64,000 nucleotides of DNA, from assembly GCA_023213395.1 (NCBI GenBank), contig CM041465.1:176645741-176709740 (forward strand). The letters are read 5' to 3'. The notes below the pieces were generated by a model that was given only the letters and a program-made list of their open reading frames with translations, was not told the DNA's origin and made no database searches. Below are positions 1 to 14,559 of the stretch, in pieces (the stretch's first letter is position 1; each line of letters opens with the position of its first letter). The position numbers were made by a program, and so were the translations under genes. This stretch comes from Cycas panzhihuaensis (lineage: Eukaryota; Plantae; Cycadophyta).

Positions 1-3000
1 GTACTAATAATATTAAAGGACTCCAACATTAAACACTACATTAGTAATGTGTTCCTTGTACCTAGTATGAAGATTAACTTACTTTTCATGAGCCAAATAG
101 ACAAGAAGAACTTAGATATCCTCTTTAGCTAGGGCATTTGTAGAATTATAGACCATGCAATGGGTATGCTTGTGGCTATAGAACATTGATATATTGGCTT
201 ATACATGTTAGATAGAGTCCTCCTTATCACTAGTTCTTAAAATGAATCATGTTCAATGGCTAACACAACTCAATCCGATGAGGGAAAGGATGTAATTGAT
301 GAAGAGACCCCTTCTATATAAGAACTAAGAGAATGCTCCCATTCAAAGGATGGTATCATCACATATAGCTCCAAAGACCACTTATGGCATTAATGCCTAA
401 GTCACTTAAATATGTAAATCTTGAACCTCATGTCTAGGCTACAAATAGTACATGGCTTACCTAAAATTAAGAGATATAGAAACATTTGTGAGGTATGTCT
501 AAAAGGAAAGTAGCAAAGAGAAAAATTCCCTAAAGAGCTTCAAAACCATTAGAGTTGGTCCCCTTTGATATTTGTGGCCCTATGTCCATCTAATCTCCCA
601 ATGGAAGCTAGTATTTCATCACCTTCATAGATGACTTCTCAAGGAAAGTGTGGGTCTATTTCTTAAGAAACAAGTATCAAGCCCTAGACAGATTCAAAGA
701 GTTTGAAACTACTATAGAAAATGAAAGTGGAATGATAATCAAGATCCTTAGATCTAATAATGGTAGTGATTACATTTCAAATTAGTTTAACAACTTTTGC
801 AAGGAACATGACATCTATTGTCAAGTTTCTACTCCTCATATACCTCAGTAAAATGTAGTTAAAAGGATGAATCAAACTTTGATCAATAATGGAAATCATG
901 CACTTAATATTGCTAACCTTACCACTAGATTTTGGGCTAATGCCATTGCCATTGATGCTTACCTAACTAACATAAGTCCTACAGTTATAGTTAGGAACAT
1001 TACTCCCAAATAAGCTTAGTCAAGATAGAAACCATCTATAACACACTTGAAGATCTTTAGATGCATGACATATAAATATGTCCCAGAGGATAACATAAAG
1101 AAGCTTGATGACAAGATCCTAAAATACATCTTCCTTGTTTATATACCTAGTTGTAAAGCCTATAAAATATTTGACATAGTTGGTAACTAAGCTTACATAA
1201 CATAGGATATAATATTTATAGAAGAACCACAGGAATTGACACCTCCTCAACCTGATATTATAGTAGTAAATGAAGTTGATACATCACAAGCGACTCTTGG
1301 ATAAATTTTAGAGCCACTAGTACTAACCTCCTCCTACACTTTAGGTGCTTCATCAATTCTAGTAGCATCTTCATCATCCACTCAAGCAAGCATAACCTTG
1401 CCTCCTATTTTAGTTGATAACCTTAAGGTGGAAGCCACTAGCTTTCAACCAACTCCTAAGTAAGTATAATAGCTTTTAAAGGTTGCTCCTCCTCCTCCCA
1501 TAGTTATAAAAAGGCCTTCCAAGATGAGACACTCTACAAACTTTTCCCTCATAGAATATGTCCTTAAAACACCTAATCCTTCAACATTTGAGGAAGTAGT
1601 CAAAGACCAAACATGAAAAGTAGCTATAGATAAAGAGATGTATCCCATTATAAAGAATGACACTTGGGAGCTGATTGAATTGCCACCTAGGAAGAAAGCA
1701 ATTGATTGTAGCTAGTTGTATGTGACCAAGTTCTATATAGATGGCACCATAGAGCATTATAATGCTCGCCTTATAGTAAGAGATTTTAAATAGTAGGAAG
1801 CAATTGACTATGATGAGACCTTTCCACCAATAGCCAACATGATCATATTCCATTTGGTTATTCCCCTAGCTACCCAATTTGGATGGCCTATTTACCAAAT
1901 AGATGTAAAGAGTGCTTTCCTCTATGGAGAGCTCAAAGATAAGGTTTTCTTGAAATAACTCCCCTGGCTATGTTGTTCCAGGATAAGAACACTTAGTTTG
2001 CAGACTCAAGAAAGCACTTTATGGGCTTAAGCAGGCACCACGTGCCTAGTATATGAAGATAGATGCTTTTCTTATATAGTATGGATTCAATTGTTCACCC
2101 TTTGACCCAGATCTCTATATTTAGGTTAAAGATAATTTGATCACAACTATAGTTCTCTATATTGATGATTTTAGTATCACCAGTAATAATACAAATGGAA
2201 TTTCTTGGCTTTAATTAAAATTAAATAGCAACTTTAAGATGACTGACCTTAGGCTACTCTACTAGTTCCTTGGAATTAAAATTTAGAAAGAACTAGGACA
2301 CATCTTCTTAACTCAAACTATGTGTGCCAATGAGCTCTTGGAAAGATTCAAGATGATAGAATATAAGCCTATACCAATTTCCATAGATATAGGAACCAAG
2401 ATAAACCTAAATGAATAAGGAAAACCTTCTAATTCCACATTGTACCAGTAATTAGTTAGGAGCCTCATTTATCTCACTCATACTCATCTAGATATCATAT
2501 ATGCAATAGTTATCTACTCTAGGTATATGACACAACTAAAAGTATCTCATTGGAAAGCAACCACTAGGATCCTCAAATACATCCAAGGCACTTATCAATT
2601 TGGCCTTAAGTACAATAAGACTAACTCACCTATTCTAAAGGGATATATAGATGTTAATTGGGCTAGTTGCTAGGACACTCACCATTCAATGTTAGCCTAT
2701 TATTTTGATATGAACTCAATTATAATCTTATAGAGCTATAAAAAGTATCCTAATGTTGCCTTTTTCCTCCACTAAAGTAGAATATAAAGTAGTTGTCTAT
2801 GCTATAACTGAGTTGATTTGGCTTAGAAGGATTCTCGTTGAGCTTTGACTTCAACAATGTGTACCTACCATCCTGTACTATGACAATTAAAGTGTATTGA
2901 ATATGGTAAAAGATCCTATATTCCATACTAGAACCAAGCACATTGAGGTCCATCACCACTTTATCCGTGAGCATGTCTAGAATGGAGAAGTTGATCTTAT

Positions 3001-3110
3001 ATATCATCATACTAAAGACTGGGTTGCCTACATCTTCACTAAAGTACTTAGTAAACTAAAGTTTGAATGATTTAGACATGACCTTAGCATTAAAAGAAAT
3101 GTAGTTGCTA
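1..3110 (+). pseudogene. Copia pol remnant (GAG-pre-integrase, integrase, RT, RNase H) with many stops and frameshifts
   Basis: Recognisable motifs (LWH*CLSHLN, DDFSRKVWVYF, LKKALYGLKQAPR, TKHIEVHHHFIREH) interrupted by CAA>TAA and TGG>TAG type stops. Confidence 0.9.
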
Positions 3111-3121
3111 TTAAGGGAGGG

Positions 3122-3460
3122 TGTTAAAACTATCTAATAGTACTATCATTTCTTTGTACCTTTGTAATTTCATATGCATATTGTATTAAAGGACCTTTGA
3201 TGTAATTAAATCATATTTGATATTAAGGTTAGGTCTGCCTCATATGTCATTAAGTCAACTTATCAAATATCATGTAATATTGATGAATGACCTATATATT
3301 TTAGCCCACACCATTGTATAATGAAATATTCTAATTTTAATGTAGAAGCTCTACCGTGAGAGAGCCTTACGTGGTGACAAATTCACCTGTAACATTGCCA
3401 TTTACTTTGTTCTATTTATTTTATATGCTCCTTTATTTATTGCAATTAGATTTCTTAATA
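3122..3460 (+). repeat. 3' LTR of Copia A (right end approximate)
   Basis: Starts TGTTAAAA right after the PPT. Patchy similarity to the reverse complement of the B LTR (39946-40297). Ends near ...TTCTTAATA (probably CA>TA). Confidence 0.7.
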
Positions 3461-3646
3461 TTTATTGATCAATGCACATGTATGGTAGATCTTGATGCTC
3501 TTAATAATTCTAATGTAATTGTCTCATGGATTAACTCTATTTTATTTAATTTTCACTTTGTTGGACCTCCTATGTTGCTTATGTTTTCTCCTAAAAGTGC
3601 TTGAAATGATCTAAGAGGATCAATTTCTACCACTTTTAGCTCATTT

Positions 3647-4056
3647 TGAAGAGAAATAATAGAGAGAAACAATGTAATAATAGAACTAAAAATAATGTGA
3701 AAAACAAATAATTAATAAATCCAAGCATATCAACAAGAACCAACTAGAGATTCAGATCTAAGCATAGACCATTTTATTAATCTAAATAACAAGAAAAAAT
3801 TATAAAGAGAAAACCCCAACTCTTTTCTCATCTACTCATCCAATCCATTTAAATGTGTTATTACAAAAGTATATATAGACATAATTTATAATATACTACA
3901 TTATGATATTATAATACAATGGGCATAAATCATAAGTTGCAAAAACCCCTAGACCCCTAAGTAGGGGCCCCTCTTAGGCCCATAGATACCCTAAAGGGGC
4001 TCAGGTATAATACTTATACCCATGTAAAACATGCAAAGTGTTCAACATATTTAATG
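3647..4056 (-). repeat. 3' LTR of Copia F
   Basis: Collinear with 8138-8549 (TGAAGAGAAATAAT... vs TAAAGAGAAATAAT...), with many transitions. Confidence 0.88.
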
Positions 4057-4099
4057 ATTTCCTAGTTATCGAGTACTTTGTAAAAAACCTATGTACACA

Positions 4100-7000
4100 A
4101 CTACTAAATCACAAATACCCATTACTTCTCTATATGATTTAAACCATTTTGTACTAATAGTCTTACTTAATGAGTCTATAACATTCTATTATGTAGAAAC
4201 TTTCTATAGGTCCACCTTCTTTAAATTAATTATTTCTCTCACAAAATATAACAACATATCAATATACATCAATCAAGCATGAAAATTAGGGTTCTTCACC
4301 AAACATATTATACTTTAACTGTTACAATCTATCATCATATCTTCCTACTTAAAGTTAACATCTATACACTATCTTTAGAATTAAACTACTTCCTTGCATA
4401 TATGAGTAGTTACTATATACTATGCTTCTATGCCTGAAAGTATAACAACTTATTGTATATCACTTATCTAACTTATTATGCCACCACAAAGGGTAAATAC
4501 ATACTCGCTTCTAGATCTTTCGTTGTTAAGATCTCCTACCCAATGAGCATCAATAAATCCTTCAAACCTACTATTCTACTCTCCATGGAAATTCCTTGAT
4601 AGAAAATTCTATAGTCTAATGTTCCTTGAAAATACCTAAAATTCCTTTTAATAGTAATCTAAGGGCCACTAGTTGGGTTTGACATGTATCTATTAACAAC
4701 TCCTACTGAATGGGTAATATTTAGTTAAGTACTAACCATTGTATACATCAAACTTCTAATTGGACTTGTATATGGGATAAAGGCCATGTCTAAAACATCA
4801 TAGTAAGTCTTTAGACATTGCTTAACTGATAGTTTAAAATCAATAGGGAAAGGAACATTAACTGGACTATAGTTTTATATTTTAAACCACTATAGTGTCA
4901 TTTTAATGTATTGTCTTTTCTTGAGTTGTATCATTTTAATGTATTATCTTTGTCTCTTAATTTTAATGCCCAAAATAGAATGTGTAACACTAATGTCCTT
5001 CATCTTAAAATAAGATGCTAGTTGGGCTTTCACAAGCTAGTTTATTTCTTTATTATTACATATTAGTAATATATCATCAACATATAAAGCTAATATAACA
5101 AAGTGATTAACAACCTATTTAAACAAATACAAAAATTAACCTTATTATACATAAATCCATCTACCAATATGTGTAAATGAAATTTCTAATATTACATCCT
5201 TGGTGATTATTTTAAGATATATAATAACTTCTTCAACCTATATACCAAATTCTCCTTACCTACAAATTCAAAACTTTTAGGCTATAATATATAAATTTCT
5301 TCTTCAAGGTCACCATGAAGAAAAGTTATCTTTATATCCATTTGATCCACCTTGAGATTAGAGGGAGATACTATAGCTAATAGAAATCTAATTAAAACTA
5401 TTTTTTTATTAGGAGAAAAGACCTCATTGAAATATATTCCCTTTACCTAAAAATAACCCTTTGCTACCAAATGGGCCTTATAATTTTTTACAGTACCATC
5501 TGCCTAAAACTTCTTCTTAAAGATCCATTTATTATCAATAGGTTTTCTATTATATGGTAGATTCACCAAATCCCATGTTTCATTCTTGTCTAAGGCCATC
5601 ATTTCTTCTTCCATGGCCTTCTTCTAGAGTTGGCTCTCTTTTCACTCTAGAACCTCTTAAATAGTATATAGATCTTCACTTACAGCAATTAAAATAAATG
5701 AGAAGTGATAAAAGTCTTCAAGAATATACCTATTGGGTTATCTTTTCTCACAAGTTAATCTCCTTAAGATGGGGGCTTCTTAAGTTTGGGCCACCTCTTT
5801 AATTGGTTTAACATCTTTAGTTGACTCATATTTTAATACAAAATCTTTATCTCTTATCTTAAACTGCATCTTTATAGAGTCTTCTTCCTTTAGTTCTTCT
5901 TCCTACTTTAAAGACTCGAACTCCTCTCTAAAGACAACATCACGATTATACACAACTTCCTATGATTTAAGGTTATAAAGCTTATACCTCTTTACACCAT
6001 TAGCATAGCCAACAAAATTAGATTTTTGTGATTTAAAGTCAAGTTTCTTATTATGTAGGTTAAGAACATATAAAAAAGCTTCACAATTGAATACATCAAG
6101 GTGACCAAGAGATGGTTTCTTATTAGACCATACTTCTTTAGATATTTTGTTCACCAAAGTAGTCATTGATTATCTATTTATCAAGCAGCTTATAATCATC
6201 ATAGCCTTAACCCAAAATTTCTTCTTTAAACTAGTAGCACTGAGCATATTCCTTTATCTTTTTAACAAGTTCTTATTCATCCTTTTAGTAACTCCATTCT
6301 GCCATGGCATATAAAGAGTTATCTTCTGCCTTACTATTTTACACTACTTATAAAATTACTCAAATTTATTTGATCAAAACGCACCTCCATTATAAGCTCT
6401 TAACACCTTGATCCTATAATTAGTTTAATTTTTGTCTAAGACCTTGAATTCCTTAAATTTACTAAAAATGTTAGATTTTTATCTTAGAAAGTACAACCAT
6501 ATCTTTCTCAAGAAATCATCAATGAATGAGATAAAATACCTGGACCTACATAAAGAGGGTACATCAATGGGTCTAAAGACATCATTGTGCACTAATTATA
6601 TAATTTCCTTTACTCTCTTTGAGTTAGAAGGAAAACTTACATAATTTTACTTTCTATGAACACAATGCTCACATAAATCAAAATTAAAAGAGCGATAAAT
6701 CCTAGAGATATATTTAGGATTACTTTTAGAGAGTAAATTATGGAGGCCTTTTTCTTAAATGTGGCTTAATATCTGATACCACAACATAGTCTTACTAGTC
6801 AATAATACTTGGGTTCCACCTGCATAACTGCTATATTTTGCAACAAATAGATTGCAACTACTAAAACTAACTATGCTAGTATTAAGCTTATACAATGTTC
6901 CAAATTAGACCCTTCTTACTAACATTAACATTCCTTGAACCATTTTTCAACCATATTTATTTAAGGTTACTTTGATTCCTACATCACTCAATTAGCTAAT

Positions 7001-8053
7001 GGGCAATAGGCTTATAGTTAAACCAAGGATATGACTTACATTAGGGATAGTTTTAACTCTTTTATCCCCAAACCAAACCTTTACCCTTCCATGACTTATG
7101 ACTTTAAATAGATAATGGCCCCCAAGGAATACTTTAACTCCATCAATACTTTCATATTTATAGAACCACTCCCTATGGAGAGTAATATAAATTGAGGCAC
7201 TAGAGTTAATTAACCAAGACTCAATGTTTGACATCTTACATGAGATAGCTAAATAAACATTACCATTAGCTTCATTAGAGGCCTTTATTACTATGGAAGA
7301 AGTAGCTTTAAGTGTCTTACTCTTGTCTTTTTAAAATAGCTAGCCTTCCTACATCTCGAACATACCATTGGGCCTTTACTTAGAGATTTGTATTTTCTTG
7401 TAGATTTTGAATGTCTGTGCCTAAGCCTTTATTGGTCACAATCCAATGTATAACCTCTTACTATCAGTACCTCTATTGTATAATCTTCATAAGATTTTTG
7501 TATTATCTCTTTTAACAGTAAAGTAATACTAACTTTGTCAAAATTTAGAGTGGTAGTAGTTGCACTGCTTATTACCATTACAGGGTTATCCCAAGAATTA
7601 GAAAGTAAACATAATAATGTAATACAATTGTCTTCTTCAAACATTATTATCCCAACTAAAATAAGTTGGCTCACCATGGTGTTAAATGTAGTGAGATGAT
7701 CTCTAAATACATCTCCATCACTCATCCTCAATGAATACAACTTTTTTCAAAGAAATAACTTGTTAACTATGAACTTTATTTGATACAAAGACCCTAACTT
7801 ATTCTACAAATCTTTAGCCATATACTTTGAGGAAATATTTAACAATATTATATCTAAAAGGCATAATCCTATCGAATTAATTACATTTTTATTAAATATA
7901 TTTCAGCCTTTATTATCCATATTCATAGGCTTTATTTCTACTACAATGCTCTATCGATCCTTCTTGATAAGGATATCTTCTATTTTTAGCTTCCATAGCT
8001 TAACGTTCTAGCTATTAAACTTTTCAATCTTCATCATTATAGTACTTGCTATA
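4100..8053 (-). pseudogene. Copia F gag-pol remnant
   Basis: ORF-track fragments 7429-7740 (gag), 6992-7234 (protease, WLINSSASIYIT) and 5960-6166 (integrase C-terminus/SH3-like). RT and RNase H motifs readable at 4100-5600. Confidence 0.9.
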
Positions 8054-8137
8054 ATCTTCACATATAAGTTTACCAAATAAAGATCCCACTTAATAAATAG
8101 ATTCTTATAGAACTAAAACCCTAGATTTGATGCTAAA

Positions 8138-8549
8138 TAAAGAGAAATAATACAGAAGAATAATGTAATAATAGAACTTAAAATGATGTAAAAGATGAAT
8201 AACTAATAAATGCAACCATATTAATAAGAACCAACCAAAGATTTAGGTCTAAGCATAGACCATTATATTAATTTGACCAATAACTAAAGGATTATAAAGA
8301 GAAAACCCTAACTCTCTTCTCATCTACTTATCCAATCTCTTCACATGTGCTAGTATAGAAATATATATAGATATAGTTTATAAGATACCACATTGCAATA
8401 TTATAATATAATAGGCATAGACCATGGGCTACAAAATCCCCATAGACCCCCATCCCATGGCCCTTCTTAGGTCCCAAAACCCCTCAAAGGGACTCAAGCA
8501 TAACACCTATATCTATGTAACACTTGCAAACTATTCAATATATCTAACA
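8138..8549 (-). repeat. 5' LTR of Copia F
   Basis: Partner of 3647-4056. Ends ...CTAACA next to TSD CATTT, with the PBS remnant just inside. Confidence 0.88.
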
Positions 8550-9020
8550 CATTTGTGGTGCCAATCTACCATATTTGAGGTTACCATCATATTTAAACTC
8601 TCTTAAATACAAGCTTAGTTTAGTTGTTTTCTTTGCTTTGTTCTTCATATTATATACATAATTTTTTACTTGTTATAACTAACATTATAAGTGAAAGTAT
8701 GCATCTAAGGGCCTACTTTTCATTGTATATTACAAGTGAGTTTTAAGTTTAGAAATATTTTCCCTCTTTCTTATTGATTGAAATTGTCTATTAGGGATGG
8801 GAGATGTTGTCTAATTTCTCCCAAGTTAGTAGAATGGCTTGGTGATTTTAAGTTTCCTTCAATCTTATTTTTATGTTTTTTTTTTTTTTTTTACAGTAAG
8901 TTTTTTTCTATCATAATGTAATCTAACAAGAAAAAATACTACTAATTTTTTCCTAGATTTACTTAATACTCAAATAAGTGGTCTTAGTTTTTTATCTTTG
9001 TGTATCTTAATAAACTTGGG

Positions 9021-9060
9021 ATATATATATATATATATATATCGAGAGAGAGAGAGAGAG
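9021..9060. repeat. Compound (AT)n(GA)n microsatellite
   Basis: Read directly from the sequence. Confidence 0.95.
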
Positions 9061-10427
9061 ATTCAAAGCTAGGAAGCATTCTAATGTGAATGTCCCCTCC
9101 TACTTTTTCCCTTGCCTTATATACCTTTGATCTCATCAAATCAAAAAGGACTTTTTTTTTTGTTTTTCTAATTTAAATTTTAAAGAGGAAAAGTAAAAGG
9201 ACTTATTCTCCTCCCTCTTTCCTATTTGATTTTACAGAGAGAGATAAGAAGTGGAATGTTTGCTTATATAGTTGCTTACATCATTGCTTACTCTCACTAT
9301 TCCTCTTACACTTTAGGGCTTAATTAGATTATTAAAGAAAATAGAATTAAAGGTGGTATTTTCTTTGAGTTGTGCTTAATAAGGTGACCTTTATGGAGTG
9401 CAGGATCTTATACTTATTGTGAGTCCTCAAACCTATGGGGCCATAGGTCCATGCACTTAGAGTAGATTGCCATGTTAAATGCATTTTAATGAATAAGCAT
9501 ATAGTTGTATTAGAGTTTTCTCTTTGTTCTTATAGTCTTATCTAAGATAATATCTTCACTTGTCCTAAAGGAAGGGATACTAGGATTTCCAACTAGATTT
9601 TATCATTAGTGGAGTAGGGTGACCTTACATAAGAGGCCAAGTTACATCTTCACCATGTTTCAAATGCTTTAGTGGTGGGTGATTATCTCAATTATATGTA
9701 GTTGAGAGAATCAAGTAGATACCATTCATCTTATTGAGACTAATTTTATTTATCTTCCTTCACCTTTTAATGATTAAGGTTTGTAAGAATTGGATACATG
9801 TATTCCTAGACCTTCCACCCTTGTAAATAGGTTGTTATTAAGTAAGTAACTCCTTATCAACTTACCTATAAGTAGGTCTATATTATGATCTAGTTCCTTT
9901 TTTGTCTCTTCTCTTATCTTTCATTCTTTATTCTTAGGTTGAGTTAACACATAGTGATATTCAAAGGGTAGGTTAGGTGGAGGTTAGTCACATTTGGAGG
10001 TGGCAATTCTTAAAATAGGTCTATAGTTATTCACTATCATTTGGGGGCATTTGTGCCTTGATGATCCTCATAGTTCCTAGGACCATTCTTAAGTGCTATT
10101 TTCTTGTTTCAAGGAGGCTTAGTTTAGTTAACTTTTACTTATTTCTTTTATTCTTTAAGTGTGTGCTTATTTTCTTATTTATTTTATTTTATACTCTCTC
10201 TATCTCTCTATCTTTCTCCATCTCTCTCTCCCCCTTTAAATTATTATCTACATACACCCTCTTCACCCATTTTATGTCATCCCTTTTCCCTGTACTCAAA
10301 TCAATATAGAAGCATAAGTGTCTGTAAGAGAAAGTTATTTGAATTCCCTCTCTAATTTTGGCCTCCTACCCTAGGTCTAGTGTTGGGTTACATGAGCAAC
10401 ACTACCCCCTTTGGTAGGTCATATCTC

Positions 10428-10447
10428 TAGTGACCATACTGGGGACT
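10428..10447 (+). promoter_or_regulatory. Primer-binding site of element I (tRNA-Arg-like)
   Basis: Resembles TGGCGAC..GCTGGGGA after transitions; lies 6 nt after the LTR-terminal CA. Confidence 0.7.
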
Positions 10448-11073
10448 CATCAGTTAGAGTTAATGACACTTCATTGACTTTCTTTTTTCCACTCCATCAT
10501 AGGTCTTCACCTTAAGGTATCCCATATAATAAGATATTATAAGATTCATAAGTATTACTTGTTTATTTATACCATGTTAGGATGATGAGTGCATATCTTA
10601 GCTTAGATCCTTTCATTCGCATTAACCCTTATGAGTCACCCTTTTGTATACCTTAATTTTCTTCCTCCCCTTGATCCATTTTAGTCTACTTCCCCTAGCT
10701 CTTAGTCCATTCATCCTAGTGTAATGGTAGAGAAACTGCCTTTTTATTGGATCATCAAACTTGTCTCCCCTTAAATTATAAATTAGCCACTTGTCATTGA
10801 CCTTTATAACCCTTGACTAGCCTTGATCAATGGGATAGAGAGATCATATATTCCCTATGACTCTGGTCCCAACTATTAAAATCCCATTGGATCTCCATCT
10901 CTTTTTTTTAGGCTATACAGTCTCAAGTTATCCCACCTACCCTTAAGTCCCTGACTCATACCTACTTTTATGAATAAATTTAAGTGATTATAGTAGACCC
11001 CAACTGATCTCTATGTTAAAGAAGTCCTTAGAAGTACTTGTTATATTAAAAGAATACTTCTAAGAGGTGCTAA

Positions 11074-13347
11074 TGTTTCACCAAAACTGTGCACTCAATT
11101 GATCTTCATATTCATCAGCAAATATTTTACTTGATTGCATTTAATTTGTTTCATTAGAAGCTTGTTTTATATTGTATTAGGTCATGTTTTGGTGAAATAT
11201 GGTATTAATTTTATGGATGATTTATGTTAGATGATAATGATTGTATTATTATATTTTTACTTATCAATGAGTGAAAACTATAGTAATATAATCTCACCTT
11301 TATGATCATTCTAATATTTTTTTTTCCTTCTTTGAAGCATTCCCTTGTTTCATTCTTTTTCTCTTGATTTACATCTTTAAGTTATCACTTTTTCGTGATT
11401 TTTAGGCTTGTACTTAAGTTTTCACCCTTCCTAGGCTACTCTTTTGCATTGATAAAGTCATTTACACTTAAATTTTCTTAATAAAAGATTTATTTTGACT
11501 CTTGAATGATCAATTTTTATCTTTTATTTCATGTTTTTGGTTTTTCCAAAAATATAATCTATCACATTTTATTAAGAAAAATGTATTTTTCATTATTAAT
11601 AAAATACAACTGGTCATATTTTTTACTATCATGCACGCAAATGTTTTAAATAATATGCTAGTTTTGTATGTTACCCTCTATGTTTGGTGTAAAACTACTC
11701 CATTTGTGCCTATAACCCTTTAAAACCCTAGACAAAGCATTCATTCGAATGATTGAGCTTGATGGTATGCTTTAGAAAATATTTTCTTGGAAGTTTAAGA
11801 GCTTTCTTTATGATTTTTAATCCCTATCTTTGAGAAAAGAAAAGAGAAATCAAGAGAAAAAAACTTAGAGCTCTAATTATTGCTTGTATTCTATTTGAAT
11901 TCAACTTGTTACTGCTTCTTAAGGTGTTTGGTTTATTACAACTCTTTACTTTATGTTTCATCTCTTTAGTAAAGTCTTTTCCACTATTTTATCCTTTGGT
12001 TTGGTGTTGTTTTAATGATTTTTATGACCAAATATGCCTCTCTCCTTCATCTAATTTTTTAAACTCCTTCATCTATATTTTTTCCTTGGGAACTCTTGGC
12101 TAAAAGGTTAGCCCTTTATGGGAAAGTAATGGAGTATACTATTGTGAAGAGAGATCTACCTCTTCACCTCCAAATATAGCTACTTCTTCCTATTCTTCTT
12201 AGTTGTCTAAGATTCCTAAGAGATTTCAGTCTTACCTCTTCTTTCTTGACTATTTTTTAGTTTGTTCTTCTCAATTTTCTTCCTCTTTCATGCTTGTTTT
12301 AAGAAAAAAATTGAGAAGTATTGGTCATAACAAAGGGAGATAGTTATTCTAAGGTATAAAATTCATCATTAAAGTAATGATTTCTAAAATTGTAGGTGCT
12401 ACATTCCTAGACTTTTTCTCTTCATTTTCTCTCTTTTTAGAAAAGAAATATGTATTCTTAAATAAAAATATTTGCAACAAATAGATTTTACATGAGGTTT
12501 AAGGATCTTATGGTGCTTAGAAACTCCATGAGTGATAGAATCTCTTTATGATTTTAATTAAGTATTTGTTTGTAATGATATCAATATATAGCCAGTTGTA
12601 AGTGAGCTTTGTGGGATGCATGTCATTTTTAGTAACTAAAATCATATTTCAAGTATCTCACTTCTACTAAAATTACCATTAAAGTTCAAAATAACATGTG
12701 CATGAATTACAAGGTTTTACATAAGTAGAGCATATTATTTTAGCTCCTATCAAATTACATACAACATTACATGTCATAGCATATGCATCTCATATTTATT
12801 ACTTTTATGTTTTAAGATAAGTTTATTATGCATCTTTAGAAGATAGCATCTCTTTCATTTTGGTGTTCTTTCTTTAGAAAAAATAGGGTAATAATATGCA
12901 TGGTTTACTTTCTTTGATTGGCTTGAAAGGATAGTTAGAGCTTGGTGCTTCATTGTTCTTTCTTTTGCATTCTTTAAAAACATATCAAAACTTCCATTAC
13001 TTAACCCTTTTCTTTATTATATTAAACCCAAATAGTTAAAATAATATAAGGAAAGGAGTCCCTAAGAAGGATACAAAAAATATTATTAGCGTAATTCTGA
13101 ACTTGAAACTCCTCTACTTGCTTATGTAAGCTAGTGGATCCTAGTACTCCTCCTTATATCCTAGCCTTTTATTATCACATAAATATTCAAACTAAATGAT
13201 ACAAATAGGTAGAGACTCCTTCTTAGGAGCTAGCGAAGGTGGTCCTTAGGTTTATGTAGGCTTCTTTATCTCTTGATCTAGACCTGAAATGTAGGAAACA
13301 TAATGTCATTAAGGGATACTTAGCCTAGGTCCAACCAAAGTATGTCA
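11074..13347 (+). repeat. 5' LTR of H
   Basis: Collinear with 26132-28372; roughly 10-15% divergent by eye. Confidence 0.95.
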
Positions 13348-13353
13348 TATTTT

Positions 13354-13371
13354 TAGTGAGTATATTAGGGA
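13354..13371 (+). promoter_or_regulatory. Degenerate PBS of H (probably tRNA-Arg)
   Basis: TAGTGAGTATATTAGGGA, 6 nt after the LTR end; same geometry as element I. Confidence 0.6.
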
Positions 13372-14559
13372 ATTTATTTTTATTTTTTTTCTTAAAGTAA
13401 TGGAAATTATAGCTCTTACTTAAAGAAGATCATTGATACTTCAAGGTCTCTCACTTGATTTTCAACTTCAACCCTCACACTCCACTCATGAAGTTTCAAC
13501 TTCTTATTTTGATCATTTAGAACATCATATACATGATACTTATATTTATCCTTTTGAAGATCCAACTAAATTATATGAGATACATGTGAAGCAAGGATAC
13601 CCTAAACCTTATCAATTTCATGGTGGTGCTTCTCTTATAAATTCTTCCTTTGTACAAGAAGAAGTTCTTCCCACTTAAGCATCCCCATCTTATTATGAGT
13701 TGGTTCTTACTAGGGTCCCAACTTCTCTTCATATTCTTAGATATCAAGATCCTTTTTACCCAGACACTCATACCATGACATCCTCTCCTTAACACCATCA
13801 ATTTGATCCATTATGTAAAGAATATAAGTCCATATAGATTGAGCCTTTTATTGCTCTTGATGTTAACCAATCACCCTTACCTTCCCATCCTCCTTCACCT
13901 AGGCCACTCTCTCCTCCTTTGGGAGAGGTTAAAGATCATAAATTGGTTTATTCTCAACTTCTTCCTTCACCTTTTATATTCTAAGGTCAAATGCACTCTC
14001 CTCACGTAGTGTCTTATACATATAAGGGAACCTCTACTACACTCATTCAAGGTAATCTTATCCCTTCTCATGTCCCTGTTCTTAAATAAATGGATCTATC
14101 TTCTTCAATCCCATAGCCTATCCATTCATATCCTAGTAGAGTAGCCTCTTCTCACCTCATTGCAACCTCAACTTAATTATCACCTTAGGTTTCTTATATA
14201 GTCATATCTTAGGGTGTTATACCTTATATCTCTTCTCCTAGGGCATCTAATTTGATTATTTCTTCCCAACCTATTCCTCATTCTTATTATGTTCATCCCC
14301 ATCCTTCAGTTAGTTAATCTCAAGCTTTAGGATTTTTTAATCCTACTTCATCATCTCATGTCCCTAGACTAGTCCTGCTACAAATGCCTTTTCCTTCATT
14401 CAAGCCTATTTTCCCTTAATATCATATTCTATAAACCAATTCTATGGTAAATCCCATAGCTTGATTTAACCCCCCATCTTCCCTTCCAACTTATTCTTTA
14501 CATCAACAATAATAACCTATTTCCTCTACTACCCCATGTTTGCCATCCTTACCTCAACA

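Larger units (their letters stand above)
1..3460 (+). mobile_element. Copia LTR retrotransposon A, cut by the window edge, degenerate; same family as element B
   Basis: Degenerate integrase, RT (QIDVKSAFLYG ~1897, LYIDDF ~2155) and RNase H (GYIDVNWAS ~2641) in Copia order INT-RT-RH. PPT AAGGGAGGG at 3113-3121 is followed by TGTTAAAA at 3122. Confidence 0.93.
3647..8549 (-). mobile_element. Full-length degenerate Copia F (Tork/Tnt1-like)
   Basis: LTR pair 3647-4056 and 8138-8549 with exact TSD CATTT (3642-3646, 8550-8554). Degenerate tRNA-iMet PBS at ~8123-8135 and decayed PPT at ~4057-4068. Gag starts KIEKFNS*NVKLWKLKIEDIL. Confidence 0.92.

Noticed and set aside
10058-12103. Hydrophobic short ORFs as membrane or env proteins
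   Set aside because: They lie in T-rich LTR sequence, so the F/L/I richness is compositional. The H 3' LTR copy does not show matching ORFs in the track.
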